Part shown: positions 1 to 8,548 of the stretch, one piece after another
How positions within the stretch are numbered: position 1 is the stretch's first letter
Layout: every line of letters starts with the position of its first letter
NCBI GenBank assembly: GCA_964467535.1
Contig: CAYXRT010000002.1
Location: forward strand, 119,387 to 183,386
DNA from: an uncultured Desulfurococcales archaeon
GTDB taxonomy: Archaea; Thermoproteota; Thermoprotei_A; Sulfolobales; WANQ01
Reading direction: 5' to 3'
Length of the DNA stretch: 64,000 bases
Notes under the pieces: generated by a model
What the model was told of the DNA's origin: nothing
Seen by the model: the letters and a program-made list of their open reading frames with translations, nothing else
Database searches by the model: none
Program-made: the position numbers and the translations under genes

Positions 1-40
1 TGAACGTGAAGTTATGTACTAAAATTAATTCACTTACAGC

Positions 41-322
41 TTACCTTCTTCTACCCCTTTTTTCTGGAACACTTACTACTGCGAAGGAGGATAATAGACG
101 TCTGATTTCTTCAGGAGACACCTTACCTTCAAGCGCTTGTTCCCATAATTCTGCAGCTTTTACCATAAGCTCTAAAGCATCTATACTTAATCCTTCGAGG
201 TCTATGATCTCAGGCTCCTCATATTCTTCAGGCTCGGCCTTACCCTTCTCTTCTGTTGGACTTGTCTCTTCATGTTCCTCCCCATACATTTGATGCCCCC
301 CGTTATGCTGTTTTCCTCTCAT
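41..322 (-). CDS. rpo13: Rpo13-like small protein (putative crenarchaeal RNA polymerase subunit 13)
   Basis: 93-aa ORF with an acidic N-terminus (EEHEETSPTEEKGKAEPEEYEEPE) and an Arg-rich tail (EKRGRRR). The central segment GLSIDALELMVKAAELWEQALEGKVSPEEIRRL parallels my recollection of Sulfolobus Rpo13 (..LSIQDIELLMKNTEIWDNLLNGKISVDEAKRL..). Memory-based, no alignment run. Confidence 0.45.
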   Translation of the reverse strand: MRGKQHNGGHQMYGEEHEETSPTEEKGKAEPEEYEEPEIIDLEGLSIDALELMVKAAELWEQALEGKVSPEEIRRLLSSFAVVSVPEKRGRRR

Positions 323-354
323 ATTGGTGAGTTATATAATTTACTTTTAACCTG

Positions 355-2199
355 TTATAGTGTTTCGATCTTTATTTCAAGGATTAGAGGTTCTTGGTTC
401 CTACAGCCTCTGAATACTGCATGATATGGTGGTATGTAGTATAAGGCTTTTTTAATTACGTCTATTCTACCAGATTCACTATACCCAGATATAACCCTAC
501 TAAGATATTCAACGTTCTCAGGTTCAGATAATTTAAACGAAATTAATGTTGCTGTATTCCCTATAATTGAAGGATCTAGATCTTTAGGTTGTTGTGTTAT
601 TATGATAAATCCAAGACCATACTTTCTTGACTCCATAACCAATCTTGCAAGTAATGATGGTTCTCGACCCCCTCTTCGGGTTAATCTATGAGCTTCATCT
701 ACCACTATAAAGAACCTAATATTACCAGGCTGTATAGAGCTTAACTTGTAGTATATCTTACGTAGTAGTGCTTCTGTATAGATGCATCTAGTTGTCTCAC
801 TTGGTATTTTTGATAAATCTATTACTATATTGTTAGATATTATATAATCTAATGGTATTGTTGTTTCAGCGAATATTACATGAGTTAGTTGTCTTATATA
901 AGGCTCTATGGAGTTTAGTTTTGCTAATTCTAATTTGTTCGTCGAAGCTTCTTTACGTATACGAATTACCTTTAATACATCAAATAGTTTTGGAGGCGGG
1001 TTATTCCATGTAGAAGGATCTTCTTCAAATATATTATACATTGCATAAGTTTCTTCAAAAAGTTCTTCAAGAACCATCCTTTGTAACGGCCCCAATCTAA
1101 AAATCCTTTGAATAATATCAGCTAATTCTATGGATTTCGCTCTAGGCGACAATCCATCTAATTCTAGTATGTTTATCGAATAGTGCATGGGATTAAGTAC
1201 TTGGAAGTTAATATTCATAGAATTCAGCAATCTCTCGTATTCTCCATGATGGTCAAATACCAGGAAATTTATATTCAAATATTCATAGAGGTATTTTAGT
1301 ATAAGGGAAGCTAATGTAGATTTGCCTGTTCCGGTAGCTCCACATATTAAGATATGTGGATTTTCACAATAAGTTACATCATAGCAATACGCCTCTTTTG
1401 GAACTTTAATCCATCTCCACGTATATTTTTTCTTTATTGTGGGTTGAGGTATTTTATCCCATAATTTTCCAGATTTATTAGATAAAGTTGCTTTAGTATA
1501 TCCAATAGGTATTCCTTTCTCGTATTCTTTTACAATACTCTGTACTCTGAAATCCAAAATATACGAAAGTGATAATGGAATTGCAAGCCAAGATAATGGA
1601 AGTAAAAATGACATATACTTTGAACATGCATCAATAGTACATAATATTGCTATAAATAATATGAAGGAACATAATCCTGCAAAATATAGTTCATTGCCTA
1701 GCAAATTAAAGTGAGAGATCTTATAGGTTAAATATAATATGACCAACATAATTGAAGCAATTTCTAATAACGAGTACAAAGTGCTACCTTGAGCTTTTCT
1801 CGAAATAACCTTCTTCAGCGTCAATAATGAGAGTTCTTCTTCAAAGCCTCTAATTAAACTTAATATATAGAGAAATAATCTAGCACCCAACACCATCATT
1901 ACAGGTAATAAATATAATGTTATAAACGTCCCTATATCCGTATACAGCATAAACAAATCATTCAATAGTATTATCAATAATATGTATACAATCGTATTAC
2001 AAAATACCTGAATTAATGATTTTGCAATAATGATACTTAATATAATGAGTAATATAGTGCTTAAAGCGATAATTAAAATATTAAATGTGCTTGATAATAT
2101 GGTTAAATTAACAGCTTCTGTGGATGATATAATTATATGTTCGATCCATATAATTATTGGTATTAACAGTAGCGTGAATGATGAAATCATGTTCCTCAA
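355..2199 (-). CDS. Polytopic membrane-anchored HerA/FtsK/VirB4-superfamily P-loop ATPase (DUF87-like)
   Basis: 614 aa. The N-terminal ~230 aa are almost entirely hydrophobic, about 6-7 TM helices (e.g. FTLLLIPIIIWIEHIII, LIIALSTILLIILSIIIA, YLLPVMMVLGARLFLYILSL). The C-terminal NTPase has Walker A ICGATGTGKST and Walker B FFIVVDEAHRL. It starts 4 nt after the upstream gene's stop. Confidence 0.75.
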   Translation of the reverse strand: MRNMISSFTLLLIPIIIWIEHIIISSTEAVNLTILSSTFNILIIALSTILLIILSIIIAKSLIQVFCNTIVYILLIILLNDLFMLYTDIGTFITLYLLPVMMVLGARLFLYILSLIRGFEEELSLLTLKKVISRKAQGSTLYSLLEIASIMLVILYLTYKISHFNLLGNELYFAGLCSFILFIAILCTIDACSKYMSFLLPLSWLAIPLSLSYILDFRVQSIVKEYEKGIPIGYTKATLSNKSGKLWDKIPQPTIKKKYTWRWIKVPKEAYCYDVTYCENPHILICGATGTGKSTLASLILKYLYEYLNINFLVFDHHGEYERLLNSMNINFQVLNPMHYSINILELDGLSPRAKSIELADIIQRIFRLGPLQRMVLEELFEETYAMYNIFEEDPSTWNNPPPKLFDVLKVIRIRKEASTNKLELAKLNSIEPYIRQLTHVIFAETTIPLDYIISNNIVIDLSKIPSETTRCIYTEALLRKIYYKLSSIQPGNIRFFIVVDEAHRLTRRGGREPSLLARLVMESRKYGLGFIIITQQPKDLDPSIIGNTATLISFKLSEPENVEYLSRVISGYSESGRIDVIKKALYYIPPYHAVFRGCRNQEPLILEIKIETL

Positions 2200-2203
2200 T
2201 GGA

Positions 2204-4195
2204 TCAACCCTTCTTCTCCTTACTAAGTATATCTTTAGTTAGAATACGCTTCATAAGCTTTAGTACATCCTCTCTATGACGTTTTGTTTTCCTTCTCCAT
2301 GCATCAGGTTTATTGAGAATTATCCCTGCCGCCACTCGATCTACAAGCATTTCACAAATAGGGCATACATCAAGACATAATTTACATGTAATACACTTAC
2401 TTGAGTCTATAATTATATTATTCGGAACAGATATTGCATTTCCAGGACACCATGTTTCACAGCTTCTACACCTTATGCAATTTATAGTTCTGTAAATGAT
2501 TTTTAATAAGTCTATCAATTCCTCGAAACCCTCCTCATCTTTAATTATTGCATCTATACCTTTCTCATGAAGTTTAATGAATGACTTTGTAAGGTTTAGT
2601 TCAATTACAGTATCTGTCTTAGTTATCCTAGCACCAAGAATCCTCAACTGTGGTTTAATTTTATCTCGTGGTATGGTGTTTAGAAATGTTATTGATAATC
2701 TATATTCATTATTATTTTTCTCTATCAGCACATTTACTATGCGAGGTTTTATACGTAGGCGATATTCGTTATTCCATGCTATATCCGTACCTCTCTTAGA
2801 TTTTTGAAGCAGCTGTTTCTTTACAGTTGAGGGTCCTAGCCATCTCCATAGACCTAGCGTAATCCAGGTATAGTCATGTCCTAGTATTTTCATCCATTTC
2901 CTTAATTCTTCCTCCCACATACTCCATAGGCTTGGATGAACTCTTTTCACGGTTTCAAACTCTGCTAGTGTACTTGCAGGACAAAGCCAGCAACCTATTC
3001 TTTCATAACCGAGGTTATACAGCGGATTTACCAAATCCCATAGCTTATGTTTATGGATGTACAACCATATTGCCAGTTGTCCCCATTCCTGTATAGGTGA
3101 AATACTTAAGAGATGTGGCACCCACTTATTTCTCCATACTCTTTGACTACGAGCTCTCTCAAGAGATTCATATGCTCTTTGTCCAACTATATTCAATGCA
3201 CCTGAAGGCCATTCTCTTCTAGATTTACGTGCAAGAGGCGTTAACTTCAATACCTTACAACACCATCTATAATCCCTTGCCGGTGGACCAAATTTCTTAA
3301 TAGCCTCCCAGAAGGATACTTCGGGCTTAGCTATATGGAGTTTAAGATTGAATCTATTAGCTGCTTCATAAACTCTTTCAATAGTTTCATCAAATTCTAA
3401 ACCTGTATCATTAAATAATAATTCTATATCTAGACCTGTATCTAAAGCTAAACTTAAACATACGAGAGAATCCTTACCGCCAGAATATGATACCACTACG
3501 CTTTTTTGGACCTTTGATGTCATTACATAGAGAAAGGCCTTTGCTTTAGACTCTAATACGTACATTTCATATTCATTAGCTTTTAATACATCGTCTATCG
3601 ACGATCTAGCTCCAATAGCTATATCTCCTGGCTTAGTATTATTCTTGAATACGGTATGAACCCTTATTCTATTCTCATCTAATTTATAGCCTATACCTAT
3701 TGGCTTACCTTTATCATCTATTAAAACTACTTCCCTTGAAGATACTCCATGATGCGTAATTATTTCTCCATGCTTAATTTTCCTACCTACATTAATGGTC
3801 TCTACAAGTGACTCTGAAACAGCAAATAAAGCACCTAGATAACTAAGTCTAAATCTCCAAATACCTTTAATGGGATCAAAGTATGTTTTACCCACCTCAA
3901 ACCCATGTACTATTACCTGTCTCATTTCATCTAGGTAAGGAACCTTGTTAAGTAGTACTATATTATCTCTAAGTAGCTTATCATACAATTTTTCATTACC
4001 AATATCGTATCTTATCCCCTCCCTTAGCCTGGAGTGATCGGCTTCAAGAGCTAATCTGGCATCACATGGCTCCATAAGATTCAATTTAAATCCTTTTCCT
4101 CCGCATTTACTGCAATTTTCGCTTAATAATGGTACATTACAGTTAGGACACCAGTATACTTTCATTACCTTAGGCCACTGCATTCTTAAGGGCAT
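2204..4195 (-). CDS. Zn-ribbon / PUA-like / PP-loop ATP pyrophosphatase (PAPS reductase family) / 2x[4Fe-4S] ferredoxin fusion protein
   Basis: 663 aa. N-terminal CPNC..CSKC zinc ribbon and a PUA-like segment (VVLIDDKGKPIGIGYKLDENRIRVHTVF). PP-loop SYSGGKDS and family motifs RWCCKVLK and GCWLCP. C-terminal CIRCRSCETWCP and CITCKLCLDVCP. An alternative start MKVYW lies at 4165. Confidence 0.75.
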   Translation of the reverse strand: MPLRMQWPKVMKVYWCPNCNVPLLSENCSKCGGKGFKLNLMEPCDARLALEADHSRLREGIRYDIGNEKLYDKLLRDNIVLLNKVPYLDEMRQVIVHGFEVGKTYFDPIKGIWRFRLSYLGALFAVSESLVETINVGRKIKHGEIITHHGVSSREVVLIDDKGKPIGIGYKLDENRIRVHTVFKNNTKPGDIAIGARSSIDDVLKANEYEMYVLESKAKAFLYVMTSKVQKSVVVSYSGGKDSLVCLSLALDTGLDIELLFNDTGLEFDETIERVYEAANRFNLKLHIAKPEVSFWEAIKKFGPPARDYRWCCKVLKLTPLARKSRREWPSGALNIVGQRAYESLERARSQRVWRNKWVPHLLSISPIQEWGQLAIWLYIHKHKLWDLVNPLYNLGYERIGCWLCPASTLAEFETVKRVHPSLWSMWEEELRKWMKILGHDYTWITLGLWRWLGPSTVKKQLLQKSKRGTDIAWNNEYRLRIKPRIVNVLIEKNNNEYRLSITFLNTIPRDKIKPQLRILGARITKTDTVIELNLTKSFIKLHEKGIDAIIKDEEGFEELIDLLKIIYRTINCIRCRSCETWCPGNAISVPNNIIIDSSKCITCKLCLDVCPICEMLVDRVAAGIILNKPDAWRRKTKRHREDVLKLMKRILTKDILSKEKKG

Positions 4196-4236
4196 TCCCC
4201 TGAACCTCCTCTATCGTTGTATGTCAGAGTACACAC

Positions 4237-4243
4237 TTTATAA
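4237..4243 (+). promoter_or_regulatory. TATA-like box (TTTATAA) upstream of the Ced-like operon
   Basis: TTTATAA sits about 30 nt upstream of the ATG at 4274, inside the 78-bp divergent intergenic region. The spacing fits archaeal short-leader transcripts. Sequence pattern only. Confidence 0.3.
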
Positions 4244-4273
4244 GGTAGTCCTTAAATTAGGGGATCAAGAGAC

Positions 4274-4537
4274 ATGGAGATAATAGACTTCATAAGAGAT
4301 ACAACAATAAAGGTTATAGCAATAGCTTGGATGCTCTTCTTTCTAACATGGGCCATAGGATGGGCTCTACGAGGTGCACCTATACCATTCCTTAGAGTTA
4401 AAAGAACAGGACAGGGATTAATAGAGGATTCTATATGGGCAGCATTTTGGCTCGCTATGGGCAGTACAGTCTTTGGACTTGTAGCCTATATAGTATCAAC
4501 ATTAGGACTACCATTTCCCGCCCCGCCAACACCTTAA
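4274..4537 (+). CDS. Small two-TM protein, CedA1/VirB2-pilin-like
   Basis: 87 aa. Two hydrophobic helices (VIAIAWMLFFLTWAIGWAL and AAFWLAMGSTVFGLVAYIVSTL) are separated by a basic loop (RGAPIPFLRVKRTGQG). It is the first gene of a tightly packed operon that ends in a VirB4-like ATPase. Confidence 0.45.
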   Translation: MEIIDFIRDTTIKVIAIAWMLFFLTWAIGWALRGAPIPFLRVKRTGQGLIEDSIWAAFWLAMGSTVFGLVAYIVSTLGLPFPAPPTP

Positions 4538-4555
4538 ACCTTCCTAATTAATTAG

Positions 4556-5989
4556 GTGACTATATTGGATTACACTTTGTTAACATTAGCTTTCTATTTA
4601 TCTGTTCTTACATACTATCTAGGAGTATTAGTTATAGCTCTTCCCATACCTTGGTATGGTATAAAGAGATGGGGACCAATATTAATAGTTGATGGAATTA
4701 AATCAGCTATTCTCGTCTTCTCATTTAACATAATATTATGGAGTATATCTTATATTAGTGAAATACTTCAAGTAAATTGGGAGAGCTTTAATGTATGGCT
4801 TGCAAGTAAAATAAGTGAGCTAATATTAGTGTATACATTCTTATTCTCCCTACGATCATTAGCTACAAAACTTGTAGGAGGCTTCTTAGGAATAATCACT
4901 TCACCCTTTCTATCCCTTATAACGTATTCCATAATATTACTTGAAACCTTCCTTATAATAGGTGCAATAATTCATAATTATTGTTCTAAACTCATAGCCT
5001 TGGGTATATTATTACATAATGTACCCTTCAGGATAAGTAGGGCTGCAGGGTCAACATTAATAGCTTTTGCTATAGTATATTTCTTGGGATTACCATTACT
5101 TCCAGCATTTATAGATACCGTAGTAACACCTTTAACGCCACCTAACATTAACATCGATGCATTAAAATCAGGCGTTACTTACGGTAAAGTATATGTATGC
5201 GATATTATCGAGAATCCTATTCCTTATGCTATACTGAGAATACGTGAAATACATGACAATAACTTGTTACTCGCACTTTACATAGCTAATTCTAAGGGGA
5301 TAATAGATGCAACAGCTATGGAGAGAGGCTTACCATCAAATAAGGAGTTTTTAGTAGAAGTTGAATATTTAGATGAAACCATACCTGTGAATCCAAATCC
5401 GGTCAACCCAGATCATCACTATCAGTGGGTCTCTAAAGATAAGTACGTTAAGCTAAAACTTAGGAGTACAAATACTATCATATTCAAGGGCATTGCACTA
5501 ATATTTCAAGAAGGTATAGTAGTAAAGAAAATAATGACAAATAGTACAGCAATTAAGCTAAACATAACCTGTAATGAAAATAAGCTATTAAAGATACTTA
5601 TACCACATGGAATAAAGCTAAAAGAAGCATATGATAATAGCACTCCACTTAATATATTATCTAAAGGAGCTTCCGAATGGCATGGCGTGAAGTATTTTAA
5701 ATATCATATTAAGATATTGAAGGGAAGTCATAGATTAAGTATTTATTTCGACTTTAACGATTTTAACATAGACAATGTTAAGCCTGATGTTAATGAATTA
5801 CCATACGTAAGCAAATTACTTGGAGGAAGGAACGTTATTGAGCTTATACATAAATTTATGGCATTCTTTTTCTTCACATATTTCATAGCCCCTCTCTCTT
5901 ACTTCTTCATCTTAATATCAATAACTTATGGCTTGGCGTTATTTATTGGTGGGAGAAGGGCTATGAGAATACCCGTGAGGGTGTTATGA
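4556..5989 (+). CDS. Polytopic membrane protein, CedA/VirB6-like
   Basis: 477 aa with a GTG start. Several N-terminal TM helices, a ~230-aa non-hydrophobic central domain and C-terminal TM helices (FFFFTYFIAPLSYFFILISITYGLALFIGG). Its position between the small 2-TM genes and the ATPase mirrors the Ced layout. Confidence 0.45.
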   Translation: MTILDYTLLTLAFYLSVLTYYLGVLVIALPIPWYGIKRWGPILIVDGIKSAILVFSFNIILWSISYISEILQVNWESFNVWLASKISELILVYTFLFSLRSLATKLVGGFLGIITSPFLSLITYSIILLETFLIIGAIIHNYCSKLIALGILLHNVPFRISRAAGSTLIAFAIVYFLGLPLLPAFIDTVVTPLTPPNINIDALKSGVTYGKVYVCDIIENPIPYAILRIREIHDNNLLLALYIANSKGIIDATAMERGLPSNKEFLVEVEYLDETIPVNPNPVNPDHHYQWVSKDKYVKLKLRSTNTIIFKGIALIFQEGIVVKKIMTNSTAIKLNITCNENKLLKILIPHGIKLKEAYDNSTPLNILSKGASEWHGVKYFKYHIKILKGSHRLSIYFDFNDFNIDNVKPDVNELPYVSKLLGGRNVIELIHKFMAFFFFTYFIAPLSYFFILISITYGLALFIGGRRAMRIPVRVL

Positions 5990-5990
5990 A

Positions 5991-6182
5991 TTGAATATTA
6001 GTACCAATATTGACTATTGGTCTAAAATGTTACTCATAATGTCCTTTACGTTAACGGCATTATACTTAATCGTAGAATATATTGAAAATAAAATTAACAT
6101 TACTAATATGTATTTAGTGTTATTCTTTCAATTTATCATAGTATTCCTTTATGTAGTTGTCATAGGGAGAACGAGGTTATAG
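5991..6182 (+). CDS. Small two-TM protein, CedA2-like
   Basis: 63 aa with a TTG start and two hydrophobic helices. Spacers to both neighbours are 1 nt, which suggests translational coupling. Confidence 0.4.
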   Translation: MNISTNIDYWSKMLLIMSFTLTALYLIVEYIENKINITNMYLVLFFQFIIVFLYVVVIGRTRL

Positions 6183-6183
6183 T

Positions 6184-8001
6184 ATGTATTTTAAGAATAC
6201 ATTAATATCGTCGCTTACGTCTCCTAAGGTATTAGCTTTGGCTATATTATCCTCTAGTATTGTGTATACTCTCCTAATATCACTAATATTTAATAGCATA
6301 ATTCCTTTACCCTTAGTGATATCGATGATTTGTTTACTTTACCTATACCTTCAAAGACCTTCATCCGTATCTAGTACGTCAGGCAATACTATAGGCGTCT
6401 ATAAGGACATAGTGTATATGACTAGAGGTAGAAAATTCATAGGATTAAAGTACTTAATAGTTGAAGACATTCCATATACGGTATTGGATTTAAATAGATC
6501 AGAAACTTTAAGATATATAAAGAACTTCTCAAGTTTCTTAGCAAGCGTGAAACCTGGTACCGAAATTAGGTTAATTAGAGGAGAACTTAATGTAAGTAAA
6601 TTCATTTCAAAACTGGAATCAGAAGTTTCTACACTTAAATTAATAAGAATTACGGATCCCACAAACGTAAAAGCTCAAAGAAGACTTGCATTATTAGAGA
6701 GAATAAGAGGTAAGATATTACGAGGAGAAAAACCCATCAAGTTATATATGTTAATAGGATTAAGAAAGACTTCAGATAACCTAGAACATTTGTTAAATGA
6801 ACTTAAAAGGGAGGCGCAAGAAATATCCACCCTCATATCAGCAAGTTTAGGGTTCAAAATTAGAGAGTTACATATAAATGACTTAGCAATACTCATAGAC
6901 CCTAAATCAATATCAACTAAGTATTCAAACATATTGTTAGAAGGGGATTTACGAGCACTTACTCCACTAGAACCATATAAAAGACCTATGTTAAATATAA
7001 GTAATGGTGTATATTTAGGTACAGATATTGATACAAATTCGTCGATTATATTAGACCTAGAAAAGTATTGTAGTAGGCATATGATAGTTGTTGGACCTAC
7101 AGGTAAGGGGAAATCCACGTTATTAGCTGTGTTAGCCTTAAGATCTATGCTTACATTGAATGAATTGAATATAATAGTCCTGGACTTTAAAGGAGATCTA
7201 CTATACATGTTAAAGAAACATCATATCAAAGTAATTTCTCCAGTTAACGGAGATTACATCAATATACTTACTCCCCCATTACAGATATCTACTTCAACTT
7301 GGGCTGCATTAATTACTGAACTCCTTGTAAAAGCTCTTAACCTTAAAACACCTGAAGATTTCCTACTATATAATGCGATAATGGAGGCATATAAGGTTAA
7401 AGGGCTTACTGCAACCCTACAAACAGTTTCAGACATATTATACAAAAATAATGATGCATACTCTAAGTCGATAGCATTAAAACTCCAAACATACATTGAT
7501 AAGGCTATAACTATAAGCACGTTAAGAATACCGGTAAAATCTGGGCTTTACTTAATAGATTTGGCTTCACTAGATGACAGGATAAGAGAGGTGTACGCAA
7601 CGGTGCTTCTACTCAACATATTTTATACACTTGTCAGTGAAGGCCTAAGCAACAATTTAAAGACACTAATAATAATTGATGAAGCATGGAGGTTAACTAA
7701 AGCTGGTATGAGTGCTTTAAAGCGGTTATATAAGGAGGGTAGAGGCTATGGTATTGGGGTAGTATCATCAACACAGAATTTTGAAGATTTACCAATAGAA
7801 GTCCTTGAAAATTCAGGAACCATAGTAGCTTTTGGAGCTAATTCAAGAGATTATGCTGAAAAAGTTGCAAAGCACATGGAACTTACAGATGAAGAGAAAA
7901 ATAGGTTAATGTGGTTGAAGACAGGTGAAGCAGTAATAAAACTATACGATGATCCTAGACCTATATGGATAAGAATAGATGCCGAAGAAGTATTGAGATA
8001 A
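6184..8001 (+). CDS. Membrane-anchored VirB4/HerA-type ATPase, CedB-like
   Basis: 605 aa. Two N-terminal TM helices (VLALAILSSSIVYTLLISLIF, IIPLPLVISMICLLYLYL), Walker A VVGPTGKGKST and Walker B LIIIDEAWRL. It is the last gene of the operon. Confidence 0.7.
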   Translation: MYFKNTLISSLTSPKVLALAILSSSIVYTLLISLIFNSIIPLPLVISMICLLYLYLQRPSSVSSTSGNTIGVYKDIVYMTRGRKFIGLKYLIVEDIPYTVLDLNRSETLRYIKNFSSFLASVKPGTEIRLIRGELNVSKFISKLESEVSTLKLIRITDPTNVKAQRRLALLERIRGKILRGEKPIKLYMLIGLRKTSDNLEHLLNELKREAQEISTLISASLGFKIRELHINDLAILIDPKSISTKYSNILLEGDLRALTPLEPYKRPMLNISNGVYLGTDIDTNSSIILDLEKYCSRHMIVVGPTGKGKSTLLAVLALRSMLTLNELNIIVLDFKGDLLYMLKKHHIKVISPVNGDYINILTPPLQISTSTWAALITELLVKALNLKTPEDFLLYNAIMEAYKVKGLTATLQTVSDILYKNNDAYSKSIALKLQTYIDKAITISTLRIPVKSGLYLIDLASLDDRIREVYATVLLLNIFYTLVSEGLSNNLKTLIIIDEAWRLTKAGMSALKRLYKEGRGYGIGVVSSTQNFEDLPIEVLENSGTIVAFGANSRDYAEKVAKHMELTDEEKNRLMWLKTGEAVIKLYDDPRPIWIRIDAEEVLR

Positions 8002-8046
8002 ATAATTAGTATTAAACTATATAACCCATACAACTCAATATTAGAA

Positions 8047-8127
8047 TAGAAGGCCCGTAGACCTACCCCGCGTAACGGGCTGGGATGAAAACGGGCGACT
8101 CCACCCCTAGGTGTCACGGCCCCCCGC
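8047..8127. ncRNA. GC-rich island, candidate structured RNA of unknown class
   Basis: About 80 nt of markedly GC-rich sequence inside an AT-rich spacer. Possible stems are GCCCGT/ACGGGC (two alternative partners) and CACC/GGTG. No credible ORF. In AT-rich hyperthermophile genomes such islands usually mark stable RNAs. Strand and class are unresolved. Confidence 0.3.
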
Positions 8128-8156
8128 ATACTTCTTAATAAATTTAACCTGAGAAT

Positions 8157-8212
8157 GCTGATATTATGTGAAATGTAAATATAAAAACATAGCTGATATT
8201 AATGTAATTACT
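8157..8212 (+). repeat. Direct repeat GCTGATATTA(A)TGT.AA, two copies 35 nt apart
   Basis: Copy 1 is 8157-8179 (gctgatattatgtgaaatgtaaa). Copy 2 is 8192-8212 (gctgatattaatgtaattact). They share a 10-nt exact core plus ATGT. Confidence 0.4.
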
Positions 8213-8275
8213 GGATGAGGAGAGGCGGGCTTATCTTAGGGTATCTGATGAAGAATGCGGTCGTAACCGACACTA

Positions 8276-8548
8276 TTATTCCTTTACCTTTACCTCTACT
8301 AAATCAATTCTAACAATATCAATGGGTTTTAAGTACTTAGTGATAATCTTATTAATCTCCTCTACGCTTAGTTCAGGAGACCATAGCTCTAGGAAGATAA
8401 AGGCGGGTACAACACTGCTCTTAATAACATTCAATTTCTTACAGTAATTTTTTAATTCATTGATAAGTCTGGATACATCATTATATGTGTTCAAGTATAC
8501 CCTTAAGACTTTAACCAATCCCATATCATCAACCCTGAATGAGTTCAA
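8276..8548 (-). CDS. Hypothetical protein
   Basis: 90-aa ORF that overlaps the upstream YkgJ-like gene by 20 nt, an operon-like arrangement. No motif recognised. Confidence 0.5.
   Translation of the reverse strand: MNSFRVDDMGLVKVLRVYLNTYNDVSRLINELKNYCKKLNVIKSSVVPAFIFLELWSPELSVEEINKIITKYLKPIDIVRIDLVEVKVKE

Noticed and set aside
6-293. 95-aa plus-strand ORF at the window start
   Set aside because: It is antisense to the Rpo13-like ORF and is Ser-rich low complexity. The minus-strand product has a recognisable pattern.
2204-4195. Annotating the PP-loop protein as assimilatory PAPS/APS reductase (CysH)
   Set aside because: The Zn-ribbon, PUA-like and di-cluster ferredoxin fusions and the 663-aa size do not fit CysH. 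The family also contains nucleic-acid-modifying PP-loop enzymes.
6399-7520. Three minus-strand ORFs (87, 177 and 88 aa) inside the CedB-like ATPase gene
   Set aside because: They are antisense shadows of a gene with intact Walker motifs and have no motifs of their own.
8047-8127. Possible tRNA or tRNA fragment (att site) in the GC-rich island
   Set aside because: No T-loop (GTTCRANYC) or its complement, no D-loop GG context, and I could not draw a cloverleaf on either strand.
7851-8129. 92-aa minus-strand ORF spanning the cedB-like 3' end and the GC-rich island
   Set aside because: Its N-terminal half merely translates the GC island (MRGAVTPRGGVARFHPSPLRG) and the rest is antisense to cedB-like. 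More likely a non-coding RNA region.
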